Assembly: GCA_964644965.1 (NCBI GenBank)
Contig: CAZXYN010000003.1
Coordinates: 35,742-99,741 of the forward strand
Origin: an uncultured Candidatus Saccharibacteria bacterium
GTDB lineage: Bacteria > Patescibacteriota > Saccharimonadia > Saccharimonadales > JACDBH01
Reading direction: 5' to 3'
Length of the DNA stretch: 64,000 bases
The notes beneath the pieces were generated by a model. It saw only the letters and a list, made by a program, of their open reading frames with translations, was not told the origin of the DNA and did no database searches. Made by a program: the position numbers and the translations under genes. Positions 9,009 through 17,174 of this stretch are shown piece by piece. Numbering within the stretch: position 1 is the first letter of the stretch; the number at the start of each line of letters is the position of its first letter.

Positions 9009-10523
9009 CTATAGATTTAAGTCCGGGTAAATAGTCTTGGTGGTTTCGTCGATTTCGTGACGGAGCTGCGGAAATGGCACGCCTTCACGGGCGCTGACAC
9101 CCTCGAACACCCAGAAAACCCGCTCGCTATAGCCCAGTCCACAGGCTGGCGGCATGCCGTATTCAAGCATCTCAACATAATCAATATCAAGCATCATAGC
9201 TTCATCATCGCCTGCATCTCGCATCTGTTGCTGCTCGGTAAATCGATTGAGCTGGTCAATCGGGTCGTTGAGCTCAGAGAAGCCGTTTGATAGCTCGCTG
9301 CCGGCAATCACTGCCTGGAACCGCTGCACAAAACGCGGATCCTGATCGTCTGCTTTAGACAGCGGAGAAATAAAGGCTGGCGTGTTTATTAGCCAGACTG
9401 GACCAACGACGTCCTTGCGAACCTTTTTCCAGAGTTTGTCGATACCGCGCGGAATGCTTTCGGTTTTTTCTACTTCTAGGCCATGTTCAGCAAGCTTGGC
9501 CTTAACCTGGTCAATCGTACAATCAAACACTTCTAGGCCGTAATGGTCACGAATAACACCGGCGTAATCCCATTGTTCCCATGGTTTTGCCATATCGATT
9601 TCTTTGCCGTCCACATTGAACTGCAGCGTACCAAAAGTCTTTTCTAGAACGTAGCGAAACATTTCCTCCTGCATCTGCATGCCCTGTGTCCAATCGGCGT
9701 AAGCCCAGTACCACTCCATAGCGACGTGCTCTGGAAGATGTTCGTCGCTGTAGTTCTCGTTCCTAAAACGCGGGCCAACATCATAAACCTTCTCAAATCC
9801 TGCACCAACTAGTCGCTTCAGTGGTAATTCGTGACTGATTCTCAGATAAAAATCTTGATCAAGCGCATCCATATGAGTCACAAACGGGTTAGCATCTGCA
9901 CCGCCAGTGGTGTGTTCCAGCACCGGAGTATTTATTTCTAAAAAGCCTCTTTCGTTTAGGAAATCACGAGTCGCCTGCCAGAACTTGCTGCGACGCACAA
10001 AACGCTGACGGACACCTGGGTTTACATTCATATCGACATAGCGCCGACGCATGCGCTCTTCTATATTTGTAAATCCATCTTGCTCGCTTGGCATTGGCCT
10101 AAGCGCCTTTGACAGCAACCGAATAGCCTGGACTTCTACCGATATTTCGCCAGTCTTTGTCTTGATAACAGGGCCGGTAGCTTCAACAAAATCACCAGAA
10201 TCCAGTAGCGGTAGCTCAGCTGGAACAGATAGTTCGCTATTCTTGCGATCTGGCTCTGCCTGGTCATCTAGTTCACGAATAAACAGCTGTAGGTTTTCGT
10301 CATTACCCCTGATAACAACAAAGGCAATCTTGCCGAACTTGCGGATTGACTTGATACGCCCAGCTACGGTTACTTGCTTGCCCTCTAGCTCGTCAAACTT
10401 CGAAACAATATCAGCAACCTCATGGGTGCGGCCTGAACGGGCTGGATAAGGATTGACCCCGAGCTGTTTTAGTTCGGCTAGCTTGCGCAATCTTTCATCA
10501 CGAAAATCTTTGAGTGTTGCCAT
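9009..10523 (-). CDS. lysS: Lysyl-tRNA synthetase, class II
   Basis: 504 aa. OB-fold N-domain followed by YLRISHELPLKRLVGAGFEKVYDVGPRFRNE (class II LysRS signature). Confidence 0.96.
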   Translation of the reverse strand: MATLKDFRDERLRKLAELKQLGVNPYPARSGRTHEVADIVSKFDELEGKQVTVAGRIKSIRKFGKIAFVVIRGNDENLQLFIRELDDQAEPDRKNSELSVPAELPLLDSGDFVEATGPVIKTKTGEISVEVQAIRLLSKALRPMPSEQDGFTNIEERMRRRYVDMNVNPGVRQRFVRRSKFWQATRDFLNERGFLEINTPVLEHTTGGADANPFVTHMDALDQDFYLRISHELPLKRLVGAGFEKVYDVGPRFRNENYSDEHLPEHVAMEWYWAYADWTQGMQMQEEMFRYVLEKTFGTLQFNVDGKEIDMAKPWEQWDYAGVIRDHYGLEVFDCTIDQVKAKLAEHGLEVEKTESIPRGIDKLWKKVRKDVVGPVWLINTPAFISPLSKADDQDPRFVQRFQAVIAGSELSNGFSELNDPIDQLNRFTEQQQMRDAGDDEAMMLDIDYVEMLEYGMPPACGLGYSERVFWVFEGVSAREGVPFPQLRHEIDETTKTIYPDLNL

Positions 10524-10560
10524 ATTGTCCTTGATTATAGTTTATATTGACTGATATAAG

Positions 10561-10598
10561 AAGTAAAAGGCCGCACTGTTCTATGGTGCAGCCTTTTT
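10561..10598 (-). terminator. Intrinsic terminator after greA
   Basis: Stem aaaaggccgcac (10565-10576) pairs with gtgcagcctttt (10587-10598) with one mismatch. On the minus strand the stem is followed by TTTTACTT. Confidence 0.65.
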
Positions 10599-10617
10599 TA
10601 TAGTCAAAAATACTTAT

Positions 10618-11079
10618 CTAGGCGATAGAGACTATTTTGTAGAGACTTATTTCAGCCGGAGTTTTGATCTCGACTTCTTCGCCCTCTTTTTTGCCCATTA
10701 GCGCGTGGCCAATTGGTGATTCGTCACTGATTTTGCCATTCAATGGGTCGGCTTCGACTGTTCCTACAATCTGGAATTCTTTGGTATTGCCGTGTTCGCT
10801 CTTGAGCGAAACCTTTGAACCAAGTCGAACCTTGTGGTCGTTCTTTGGTGTGGTGATGACTTCGGCACCAGCTAGAATGCTTTCAATTTCTTCGATGCGG
10901 CCTTCGTTACGACCCTGCTCTTCTTTGGCTTCGTGGTATTCGGCGTTCTCTGATAGATCACCTTGTGAACGAGCGCTGGCGATGTCTTCGGCAATTGCGG
11001 AGCGACGAGAAATCAACTCTGCGAGCTCGGCCTTGAGTTCTGCCAAACCTTCTTTTGTCAGATGATAGTGCTTTTTCAT
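10618..11079 (-). CDS. greA: Transcription elongation factor GreA
   Basis: 153 aa. N-terminal coiled coil (LTKEGLAELKAELAELISRR...SENAEYHEAKEEQ) plus a C-terminal FKBP-like domain. Confidence 0.95.
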   Translation of the reverse strand: MKKHYHLTKEGLAELKAELAELISRRSAIAEDIASARSQGDLSENAEYHEAKEEQGRNEGRIEEIESILAGAEVITTPKNDHKVRLGSKVSLKSEHGNTKEFQIVGTVEADPLNGKISDESPIGHALMGKKEGEEVEIKTPAEISLYKIVSIA

Positions 11080-11096
11080 ACGCTTCCTTTCTGTAT

Positions 11097-11124
11097 AAAA
11101 AACTGGCGCGTATCTTGCGGCCAG
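11097..11124 (-). terminator. Intrinsic terminator located inside the greA leader, 18 nt upstream of the start codon
   Basis: Minus strand reads CTGGC(C)GC-AAGATAC-GCGCCAG followed by TTTTTT, then ATACAGAAAGGAAGCGT-ATG. Confidence 0.7.
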
Positions 11125-11136
11125 CTTCTATTAATT

Positions 11137-11164
11137 AGTATATCTTTTATTTTTAACTATTCAA
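11137..11164 (-). promoter_or_regulatory. Candidate greA promoter upstream of the leader terminator
   Basis: Minus strand reads TTGAAT (11164-11159), a 16-nt spacer, then TATACT (11142-11137). The predicted start is only ~6 nt before the terminator stem. Confidence 0.45.
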
Positions 11165-11263
11165 CCATATAGTGAGCTCCGCAGTAGATTCCTCATGTTG
11201 CCACCCCTGGGCGCGGGCTGAGTCCGCCTATGGCGGAATCTTGAAAGCTAACTGCGGGATCTA

Positions 11264-12511
11264 CTACGTGGTCAACTTATTTTTTAGTTCGTCTGCGCTA
11301 ATAAAGCTGGTTTCGCTAGAAATTCTGGACTTGTATTCTAGACTGTTCTGTTCGAGTGTCTTCTGGCTTATAACCACTCGGTGTGGAATACCAATTAGGT
11401 CGGCGTCGGCAAATTTTTCACCAGGCCGGGTATCTCTGTCGTCATACAAAACATCGATTCCGTCCTCGGTTAATTCCTGATAGAGTTTGTCAGCTGCGGC
11501 TACAACTGCCTCATCATTGCCAACCGTCGCAAGATAGACCCTGAAAGGTGCGATGTTATCATGCCAGACTAGTCCCTTTTCATCACTCATTAGTTCTGCG
11601 ATTACGCCCATAAGTCGAGTTATGCCAATACCGTAGCTACCAATGTAGAGCGACTGTTGTTTGCCTTCGGCATCGGTGTAGAAAAGCCCCATTTCGTCGG
11701 TTTTCTGGGTACCGAAGTTGAAGATGTTGCCTACCTCGGCGGTTGTTACCTTTTCTAGATCGTCTTTGGTGATGTTAAGTTCCTTGACGGCATCATCAAT
11801 AACTTCTTCGTTGACGGCAATATTTTTTTCGCGGTGCAGATAGATTACATCCTCTCCTGCTTCGCAGACTGTCTGGAATTCGTGGCTGAATTTTGTGAAG
11901 GCTCCACCAGAGGCAAAAGTGACGTAAGTCTTATCACCAATTCCTAGCCGGTCAAAGACTCTGTTGTAAGCTTCGATGCTTTTATTGTAGTAATCATCCA
12001 TGTCTTCGGACGAAGCATGAAAACTATACATATCCTTCATGACAAACTCGCGACCACGCATAACTCCGCTCCTAGCCCGCAGTTCATTGCGCATCTTTGT
12101 CTGGAATTGATACAGGCTAATCGGCAAATCTTTATAGCTGCTTATGTAGCTTTTCATCATTTCTACGATTGGCTCTTCGTGGCTCCAACCTAGACCGACC
12201 TGCGTACCGTCTTTTAGAGCAGTTTTGAACCAGATATCGACGGTATCGTCACTCCAGCGACCGGTTTTTTCCCATATTTCCTTACGTTGTAGGCTCGTCA
12301 TGATGAGTTCACTCGAATTAATCGAGTTCATCTCTTCGCGGACAACAGCCTTTATCTTTTCGAGTACTCTAAGCCCTAGCGGCAGATAGGCGTATACCCC
12401 GGCCATTTCCTTATAAACAAAACCAGCGCGAATTAGTAGTTGAGCGTTCTTGGCCTGCTCGTCAGCTGGGGCATCTTTTTTGGTTTTTGTGAAAAGTTGT
12501 GAAACTTTCAT
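11264..12511 (-). CDS. proS: Prolyl-tRNA synthetase, bacterial-type but lacking the INS editing domain
   Basis: 415 aa. N-terminus MKVSQLFTKTKKDAPADEQAKNAQLLIRAGF and motif 2 RARSGVMRGREFVMKDMYSFH. Only ~60 aa separate motif 2 from motif 3 (GSYGIGITRL), where E. coli-type enzymes carry ~180 aa. A C-terminal anticodon-binding domain is present. Confidence 0.92.
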   Translation of the reverse strand: MKVSQLFTKTKKDAPADEQAKNAQLLIRAGFVYKEMAGVYAYLPLGLRVLEKIKAVVREEMNSINSSELIMTSLQRKEIWEKTGRWSDDTVDIWFKTALKDGTQVGLGWSHEEPIVEMMKSYISSYKDLPISLYQFQTKMRNELRARSGVMRGREFVMKDMYSFHASSEDMDDYYNKSIEAYNRVFDRLGIGDKTYVTFASGGAFTKFSHEFQTVCEAGEDVIYLHREKNIAVNEEVIDDAVKELNITKDDLEKVTTAEVGNIFNFGTQKTDEMGLFYTDAEGKQQSLYIGSYGIGITRLMGVIAELMSDEKGLVWHDNIAPFRVYLATVGNDEAVVAAADKLYQELTEDGIDVLYDDRDTRPGEKFADADLIGIPHRVVISQKTLEQNSLEYKSRISSETSFISADELKNKLTT

Positions 12512-12671
12512 AACGTTATCTCTGTTATTCTCCTAAAAATTTGTGAAAAGTCGTGAAATATTGGACAAAATAGTTATACACCCCACAAGGGCATTGTTGA
12601 GGAATTAGTAAACCGGACACATTTCATTACTTCTGTATTGTATCAGATGAGATTGCAAAAGAAAGCCAGCC

Positions 12672-13451
12672 TTACAAGAAAAGTCTGTGACCAAACAACA
12701 GTGTAAAGGCTACGGCATTCTTGATAGCATGCAGACAAACCGCCGGCCATATGCTGTTTAGATGTTCCCTGAGGTAACACAGGAAGCACGACAAGATGAA
12801 AGTATCAATCGCCGCGATCCATAGCAGCGGCGCACCCGAACCAAATTGCAGATGAGCGATGCCAAACAATATGCCTGTAGCGATTGTTGCCAGCCAATAG
12901 TTGTACTTGGCTCTCAGGCTACTAAATAAAAAGCCGCGGAACATGAATTCTTCGGCAATTGGTACGGCAATTACCAGCACAATGAATGTCATTACAAGCT
13001 CGCTAGTAAGGTAGGCGTTCTCGAATCCAATCTGTTGCTCCTGCCCCATATTGAGGGATGGTATCAGTTGGCTTGCGACAATGCTCACAAACAAGAACAC
13101 CAGGAAATAGAGCCCGTAGGCTATGAATGCCCAGCCAAGATCACGTATCCTCGGCCTGACGATACCGATTCGACGGAGCGGAATACGTGCTAGTTTGACC
13201 AGCTGAAAAACACCAAATATGGCCAGTGCCTCTGCAACCAGCATGAATATGAACCTACCTGTGATCGTGTTGAGCCATGCTGTACCGGCCGACTCTGTCC
13301 AGTTACGAAGCGCCGGGTATAGACTGACTAGGAATACTGCTACCACTTGGCTCAGGAAAAATACCGCCGCCAGTAATACCACGGTAGTTATTGGATCATT
13401 ACGAAAAAAAGGCTTTTGCTTGGAGGCTTGGATTTTTGGCTTATTCTCCAT
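12672..13451 (-). CDS. CPBP (CAAX) family intramembrane glutamic endopeptidase
   Basis: 259 aa, polytopic. EEFMFRGFLF (EExxxR motif) and FGIAHLQF / HAIKNA histidine motifs. Confidence 0.85.
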   Translation of the reverse strand: MENKPKIQASKQKPFFRNDPITTVVLLAAVFFLSQVVAVFLVSLYPALRNWTESAGTAWLNTITGRFIFMLVAEALAIFGVFQLVKLARIPLRRIGIVRPRIRDLGWAFIAYGLYFLVFLFVSIVASQLIPSLNMGQEQQIGFENAYLTSELVMTFIVLVIAVPIAEEFMFRGFLFSSLRAKYNYWLATIATGILFGIAHLQFGSGAPLLWIAAIDTFILSCFLCYLREHLNSIWPAVCLHAIKNAVAFTLLFGHRLFL

Positions 13452-13458
13452 AACAAGA

Positions 13459-14604
13459 CTAGAAGAATCTTCTTACGTCCACGATAGTAATCAACACAAA
13501 CAATAGCATCAACGCCATGAAGCCAGTGCCATGAATTCGTTCCTCTACCTCTGGTAGAAGCGGCTTTTTGAATAGTCTGAAGGCCAGCATTACGAACAAG
13601 CGACCACCGTCTAGTGCCGGGATTGGCAGAGCGTTCATGATGGCCAGCGTCAGAGATATTATGGCGATAATAAATAAGACTAGACCGATTCCCTGCTGAG
13701 ATATTTCGTACAGTACTGCAAATATACCAACCGGTCCGGCAACCTGGCTGGAGGCCTCTGTTTGACCAGCCTGACGAGCTTCGTTATTGCCAGTCACTGC
13801 TCCAGCTACGATTGAGCCTAGACCCGCTAGCGCGCTGCCCAGACCCTTCAGTGTGGCAACAGTAAAATCACCCATGACACCCAGGGCAACCACTGGGGCT
13901 GACCACGTCGATCGACGAATCTCTAGGCCTGTTTCGGCAGAGTAAGAGCCGATGCCAAGATGTGGTGAAGTTTCGTTGAGCGTGACCTGATAGCTGATCT
14001 CTTCGCCGTCCCTATTCACGACTACGGTGACTTCCTGACCAGCATTACTAGATGTTATGTCTGACACATTCTCAGAAGAAGTAATCTCTGTACCGGCTAC
14101 AAACAGTAATTGGTCTTCCTCTTCGAGCCCTGCCTGGGCAGCTGGTGAATCATCGACAACTTGGCTAATTTTGATGACGCCCTCGTTCTCTGGGCTCTGT
14201 ATGACTTTGGTGTCACTTGGTACTGTAAACTGATTGTCGATAAGTGTCGGCATACCGATGAGCGCAACAATCGTAAACAGCACAAACGCAGTTATTAAGT
14301 TCATGACAACACCAGCCAGCATAATCTTGGTTTTGGCGAGCATTGTAGCTGCGCCAAAGGTACCTGGTTCGGTATCTATATCATGCTCACCCTTGAGTTT
14401 GACGAAGCCTCCTAGGGGCAACCAGTTGAGACTGTATAAAGTGCCGTTCTTCTTAGTCAGTGTCTTGGCGCGGGGCGGAAAACCAAGCCCAAACTCCTCA
14501 ACATCAACGCCATTACGGCGCGCCATGATAAAGTGACCCCACTCATGTACTAAAATTAGGCAAATAAACAGAACTAAACCGAAGATGAAGAAGAATATTC
14601 CCAT
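13459..14604 (-). CDS. rseP: Site-2 (RIP) zinc metalloprotease RseP
   Basis: 381 aa. HEWGHF (HExxH) in TM1, a central PDZ-like region, and NALPIPALDGG near the C-terminus. Confidence 0.93.
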   Translation of the reverse strand: MGIFFFIFGLVLFICLILVHEWGHFIMARRNGVDVEEFGLGFPPRAKTLTKKNGTLYSLNWLPLGGFVKLKGEHDIDTEPGTFGAATMLAKTKIMLAGVVMNLITAFVLFTIVALIGMPTLIDNQFTVPSDTKVIQSPENEGVIKISQVVDDSPAAQAGLEEEDQLLFVAGTEITSSENVSDITSSNAGQEVTVVVNRDGEEISYQVTLNETSPHLGIGSYSAETGLEIRRSTWSAPVVALGVMGDFTVATLKGLGSALAGLGSIVAGAVTGNNEARQAGQTEASSQVAGPVGIFAVLYEISQQGIGLVLFIIAIISLTLAIMNALPIPALDGGRLFVMLAFRLFKKPLLPEVEERIHGTGFMALMLLFVLITIVDVRRFF

Positions 14605-14698
14605 GTCTATTCAAGTATAAAGTATAAGGTTAAAGGTTGAAAGCAATATGACAGAAACTGTATTTGAAGTTTATCGGTGCAACTACTAGGGGCTGAGT

Positions 14699-14911
14699 CT
14701 TTGCATTTGGATGCTCAGTGCAATTTCTTTGTCCGTAAGGAACGTACCTAGCCTTTGCATGTGGATGTTCAGCATGATTTCTTCATCTGAGAAACGGACT
14801 GAGGCGTATTTCAATACGGTGAAGGAGTATTCTGCAGTGAAAAATCATGCTGAGCGCCACAATACAAACCTGTCAGTTCTCTGGCTCTGCCAGAGAGCAG
14901 GATGGGTTTGT
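14699..14911. repeat. Structured intergenic element, copy A (paralogue of 63430..63636)
   Basis: Direct half-repeats at 14699-14730 and 14752-14790. A 17-position stem pairs 14767-14784 with 14839-14855. Inner helices are 14787-14793/14830-14837 and 14805-14809/14814-14818. A terminal hairpin at 14864-14911 has the loop CTCTG. The element aligns with copy B and shows compensatory changes (see findings). Confidence 0.7.
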
Positions 14912-14921
14912 GGTGCAAGGC

Positions 14922-15629
14922 TCAAGAGCCGAAGCGGCGCTGGCGCTTGGCATAATATAGCAACACGAACTTGAGATCTTGCTTAGTAAAATCAGGCCAA
15001 TATTTGTCTATAAAAACGTACTCCGCGTAGGAGGCACGCCACAGCATAAATCCACTGGTGCGGTACTCACCAGATGTCCTGACGACTAGATCAACTGGGG
15101 GCAGCTCTGGCTCATAGAGGGCTTGTTCGAAATCACGAATGCTCAGGCGCTTTGGGTCGACATTTTGACGTAAGAGTTTCTTGGCTGCGTCGACGATTTC
15201 CTGCTGACCGCCGTAGTTAATACAGAGTGCAAAGGTACCACGATCAAAGTGAGCAGTTCTTTTGACAGCCTTGTCGATTGCCTGAAGAACCGACTTTGGT
15301 AGACCCTCTCTTGAGCCAACATGAACGATTCGAATCTCGTTTTCTTCTAGGTCCTTCATGTACTGATCGACGAACTTTATGATTAGCTTCATAAGATAGC
15401 TAACCTCACTCTTGGAGCGGTTCCAGTTCTCTGTAGAAAACAAATAGGCGGACACGTACTTAACGCCCACATTGATAGCGGCAATACCAATATCTCGTAG
15501 CACCTCCGCACCCTGGTAGTGACCTTTGAGTGTTGGCAGGTTTTGCTCGGTTGCCCAGCGACGATTACCGTCTAGAATAAACCCAAGATGTTTGGGGAGT
15601 GGTAATTTCTTGTTCTTAGCTTCTGCCAT
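14922..15629 (-). CDS. uppS: Undecaprenyl-diphosphate synthase (cis-prenyltransferase)
   Basis: GFILDGNRRWA and RTSGEYRTSGFMLW motifs. I prefer the start at MAEAKNKK (15629) over the ORF-track ATG at 15659, which adds 10 atypical residues. Confidence 0.93.
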   Translation of the reverse strand: MAEAKNKKLPLPKHLGFILDGNRRWATEQNLPTLKGHYQGAEVLRDIGIAAINVGVKYVSAYLFSTENWNRSKSEVSYLMKLIIKFVDQYMKDLEENEIRIVHVGSREGLPKSVLQAIDKAVKRTAHFDRGTFALCINYGGQQEIVDAAKKLLRQNVDPKRLSIRDFEQALYEPELPPVDLVVRTSGEYRTSGFMLWRASYAEYVFIDKYWPDFTKQDLKFVLLYYAKRQRRFGS

Positions 15630-15649
15630 AATTGCTCGCTTAATTTTCA

Positions 15650-15738
15650 AACATTCCAATTTTCAGTTTTCAAACGCCTGAAAATTGAATCATTGAAAAT
15701 TTAATGAAAATTGTAAATTAATAATTGTAAAATTATCA
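15650..15738. repeat. AT-rich low-complexity spacer with GAAAATT-type short repeats and a 9-bp AU hairpin
   Basis: The sequence is attttcagttttcaaacgcctgaaaattgaatcattgaaaatttaatgaaaattgtaaattaataattgtaaaatt. attttcag pairs with ctgaaaat. Confidence 0.7.
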
Positions 15739-16302
15739 TTAAACCGTCATGATTTCTGATTCTTTGGTCCTGGCACTAGATTCAATTTCTGACTTTTGCT
15801 TGTTCATTAGATCTTCTACCTGGGCTGTGTAGCGCTTGGCGTCGTCTTCGCTGATGTCTTTGTCCTTTTTTGCCTGATTGAGTGTATCAAGTGCGTCATG
15901 ACGTACACCGCGCAGCGCGATCATAGCGTCTTCTACTTTGCTACTGAGAGTTTTGACGATTTCGCGTCGTCGCTCTTCTGTCAGGGCTGGGATTGGTACG
16001 CGTACAACCCGGCCGTCGTCGCTAGGGTTGAGGCCAAGTGATGGATTGTCGCGGATCGCAGTAACAATAGCTTGCAGATTGTTTGGATCGAACGGAGTAA
16101 TCTGTAGTAACTGAGCTTCTGGTGCAGTAACCGTGCTGACTTGGTTCAGTGGCATCGGTGCGCCGTAAGCCTCAACCATGACGCCATCAAGCATGCCAGG
16201 ATGTGCTCGACCAGTTCGGATTTTCTTAATTTCTTCTAGAAAATGCTCGTAGGCCTTTTTGAACTTGGATTCGGTTTCTGATACTACTTTGTCCGGTGTC
16301 AT
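15739..16302 (-). CDS. frr: Ribosome recycling factor
   Basis: 187 aa with full-length RRF collinearity (...VRVPIPALTEERRREIVK...). Confidence 0.96.
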   Translation of the reverse strand: MTPDKVVSETESKFKKAYEHFLEEIKKIRTGRAHPGMLDGVMVEAYGAPMPLNQVSTVTAPEAQLLQITPFDPNNLQAIVTAIRDNPSLGLNPSDDGRVVRVPIPALTEERRREIVKTLSSKVEDAMIALRGVRHDALDTLNQAKKDKDISEDDAKRYTAQVEDLMNKQKSEIESSARTKESEIMTV

Positions 16303-16315
16303 TTACTACTCCTTT

Positions 16316-16534
16316 TTAGTTTGCTTCACCTGAATCTTGGGCTATGGATTCTGGTTGCATGTCGCGGGCTTCAATATATACAAAAATCAAGGTGGCAATG
16401 CCAAAACCCACAGTCTTTACTATATCACTCTGGAGAATATCCGATACCTCCATGACGGCAATTCCGCTAAGTATTCCTGCGGCTAAGGCTACCTGTCTCG
16501 GTGTACGTTCTGTCCTAGATTCGGTTTGGCTCAA
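16316..16534 (-). CDS. Small predicted two-TM protein (hypothetical) between tsf and frr
   Basis: The ORF-track frame 16316..16618 overlaps the tsf 3' end. A TTG at 16534 preceded by AGGAGA (16544-16539) would give ~72 aa with two hydrophobic segments (VALAAGILSGIAVM, VGFGIATLIFVYI). The start is uncertain. Confidence 0.35.
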   Translation of the reverse strand: MSQTESRTERTPRQVALAAGILSGIAVMEVSDILQSDIVKTVGFGIATLIFVYIEARDMQPESIAQDSGEAN

Positions 16535-16574
16535 AATGTCTCCTAGATTGATCCCACCAAACTTGTTTTGTAGT

Positions 16575-17171
16575 CTACATTTCGCCGAGAGCGATGCGCG
16601 AAAAGCGGCGTACAACAACGTTTTCGCCGAGGCGAGCGTTGTGTTCCTTCACGAAGTCGCCGACTGTCTGGTCAGGGTTCTTGATGAACGGCTGATCAAG
16701 CAAACAGCGCTCTGCAAAGTATTTGCCTAGTTGACCTTCTACAATTTTTTCGGCCATCTCGCTAGGCTTGCCTTTTAGGGCGTCACCTTCTAGCAGTTCC
16801 TTTTTCTTTGCCGCGCGCACATCGGCTGAGATGTCTTCTGCAGAAACGAATTCTGGGTTGCTAGCTGCAACGTGCATAGCCACATCCTTAACAAGAGCGG
16901 CGAAGATTTCGTTGCGAGCAACAAAGTCGGTTTCGCAGTTGATTTCTACGATTACACCAATGCGGTTGTCGTGGTTGTAAGTACCGACTAGTCCCTGACG
17001 GGCTTCGCGCTCACCACGTTTGTCGGCTTTGGTTAGACCTTTTTTGCGCATAGCTTCTAGGGCTTTGTCAAAGTCGCCGCTAGCGTCCGTAAGCGCTGCC
17101 TTGGCGTCGGTCAGACCTACACCTGTTAGTTCTTTTAATCGTTTGATGTCTTCGATATTCATTGTTATCAC
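16575..17171 (-). CDS. tsf: Elongation factor Ts (short form)
   Basis: 198 aa. N-terminal UBA-like IKRLKELTGVGLTDAKAAL, then a single core domain. Confidence 0.94.
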   Translation of the reverse strand: MITMNIEDIKRLKELTGVGLTDAKAALTDASGDFDKALEAMRKKGLTKADKRGEREARQGLVGTYNHDNRIGVIVEINCETDFVARNEIFAALVKDVAMHVAASNPEFVSAEDISADVRAAKKKELLEGDALKGKPSEMAEKIVEGQLGKYFAERCLLDQPFIKNPDQTVGDFVKEHNARLGENVVVRRFSRIALGEM

Positions 17172-17174
17172 CCC

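Noticed and set aside
14711-14974. 87-aa + ORF over structured element A, and the analogous 67-aa + ORF 63391..63594 over element B
   Set aside because: The two aligned DNA segments differ in length by 1 nt, so the reading frames are not conserved. The differences between copies preserve base pairing rather than amino acids. ORF 14711..14974 also runs into the uppS 3' end.
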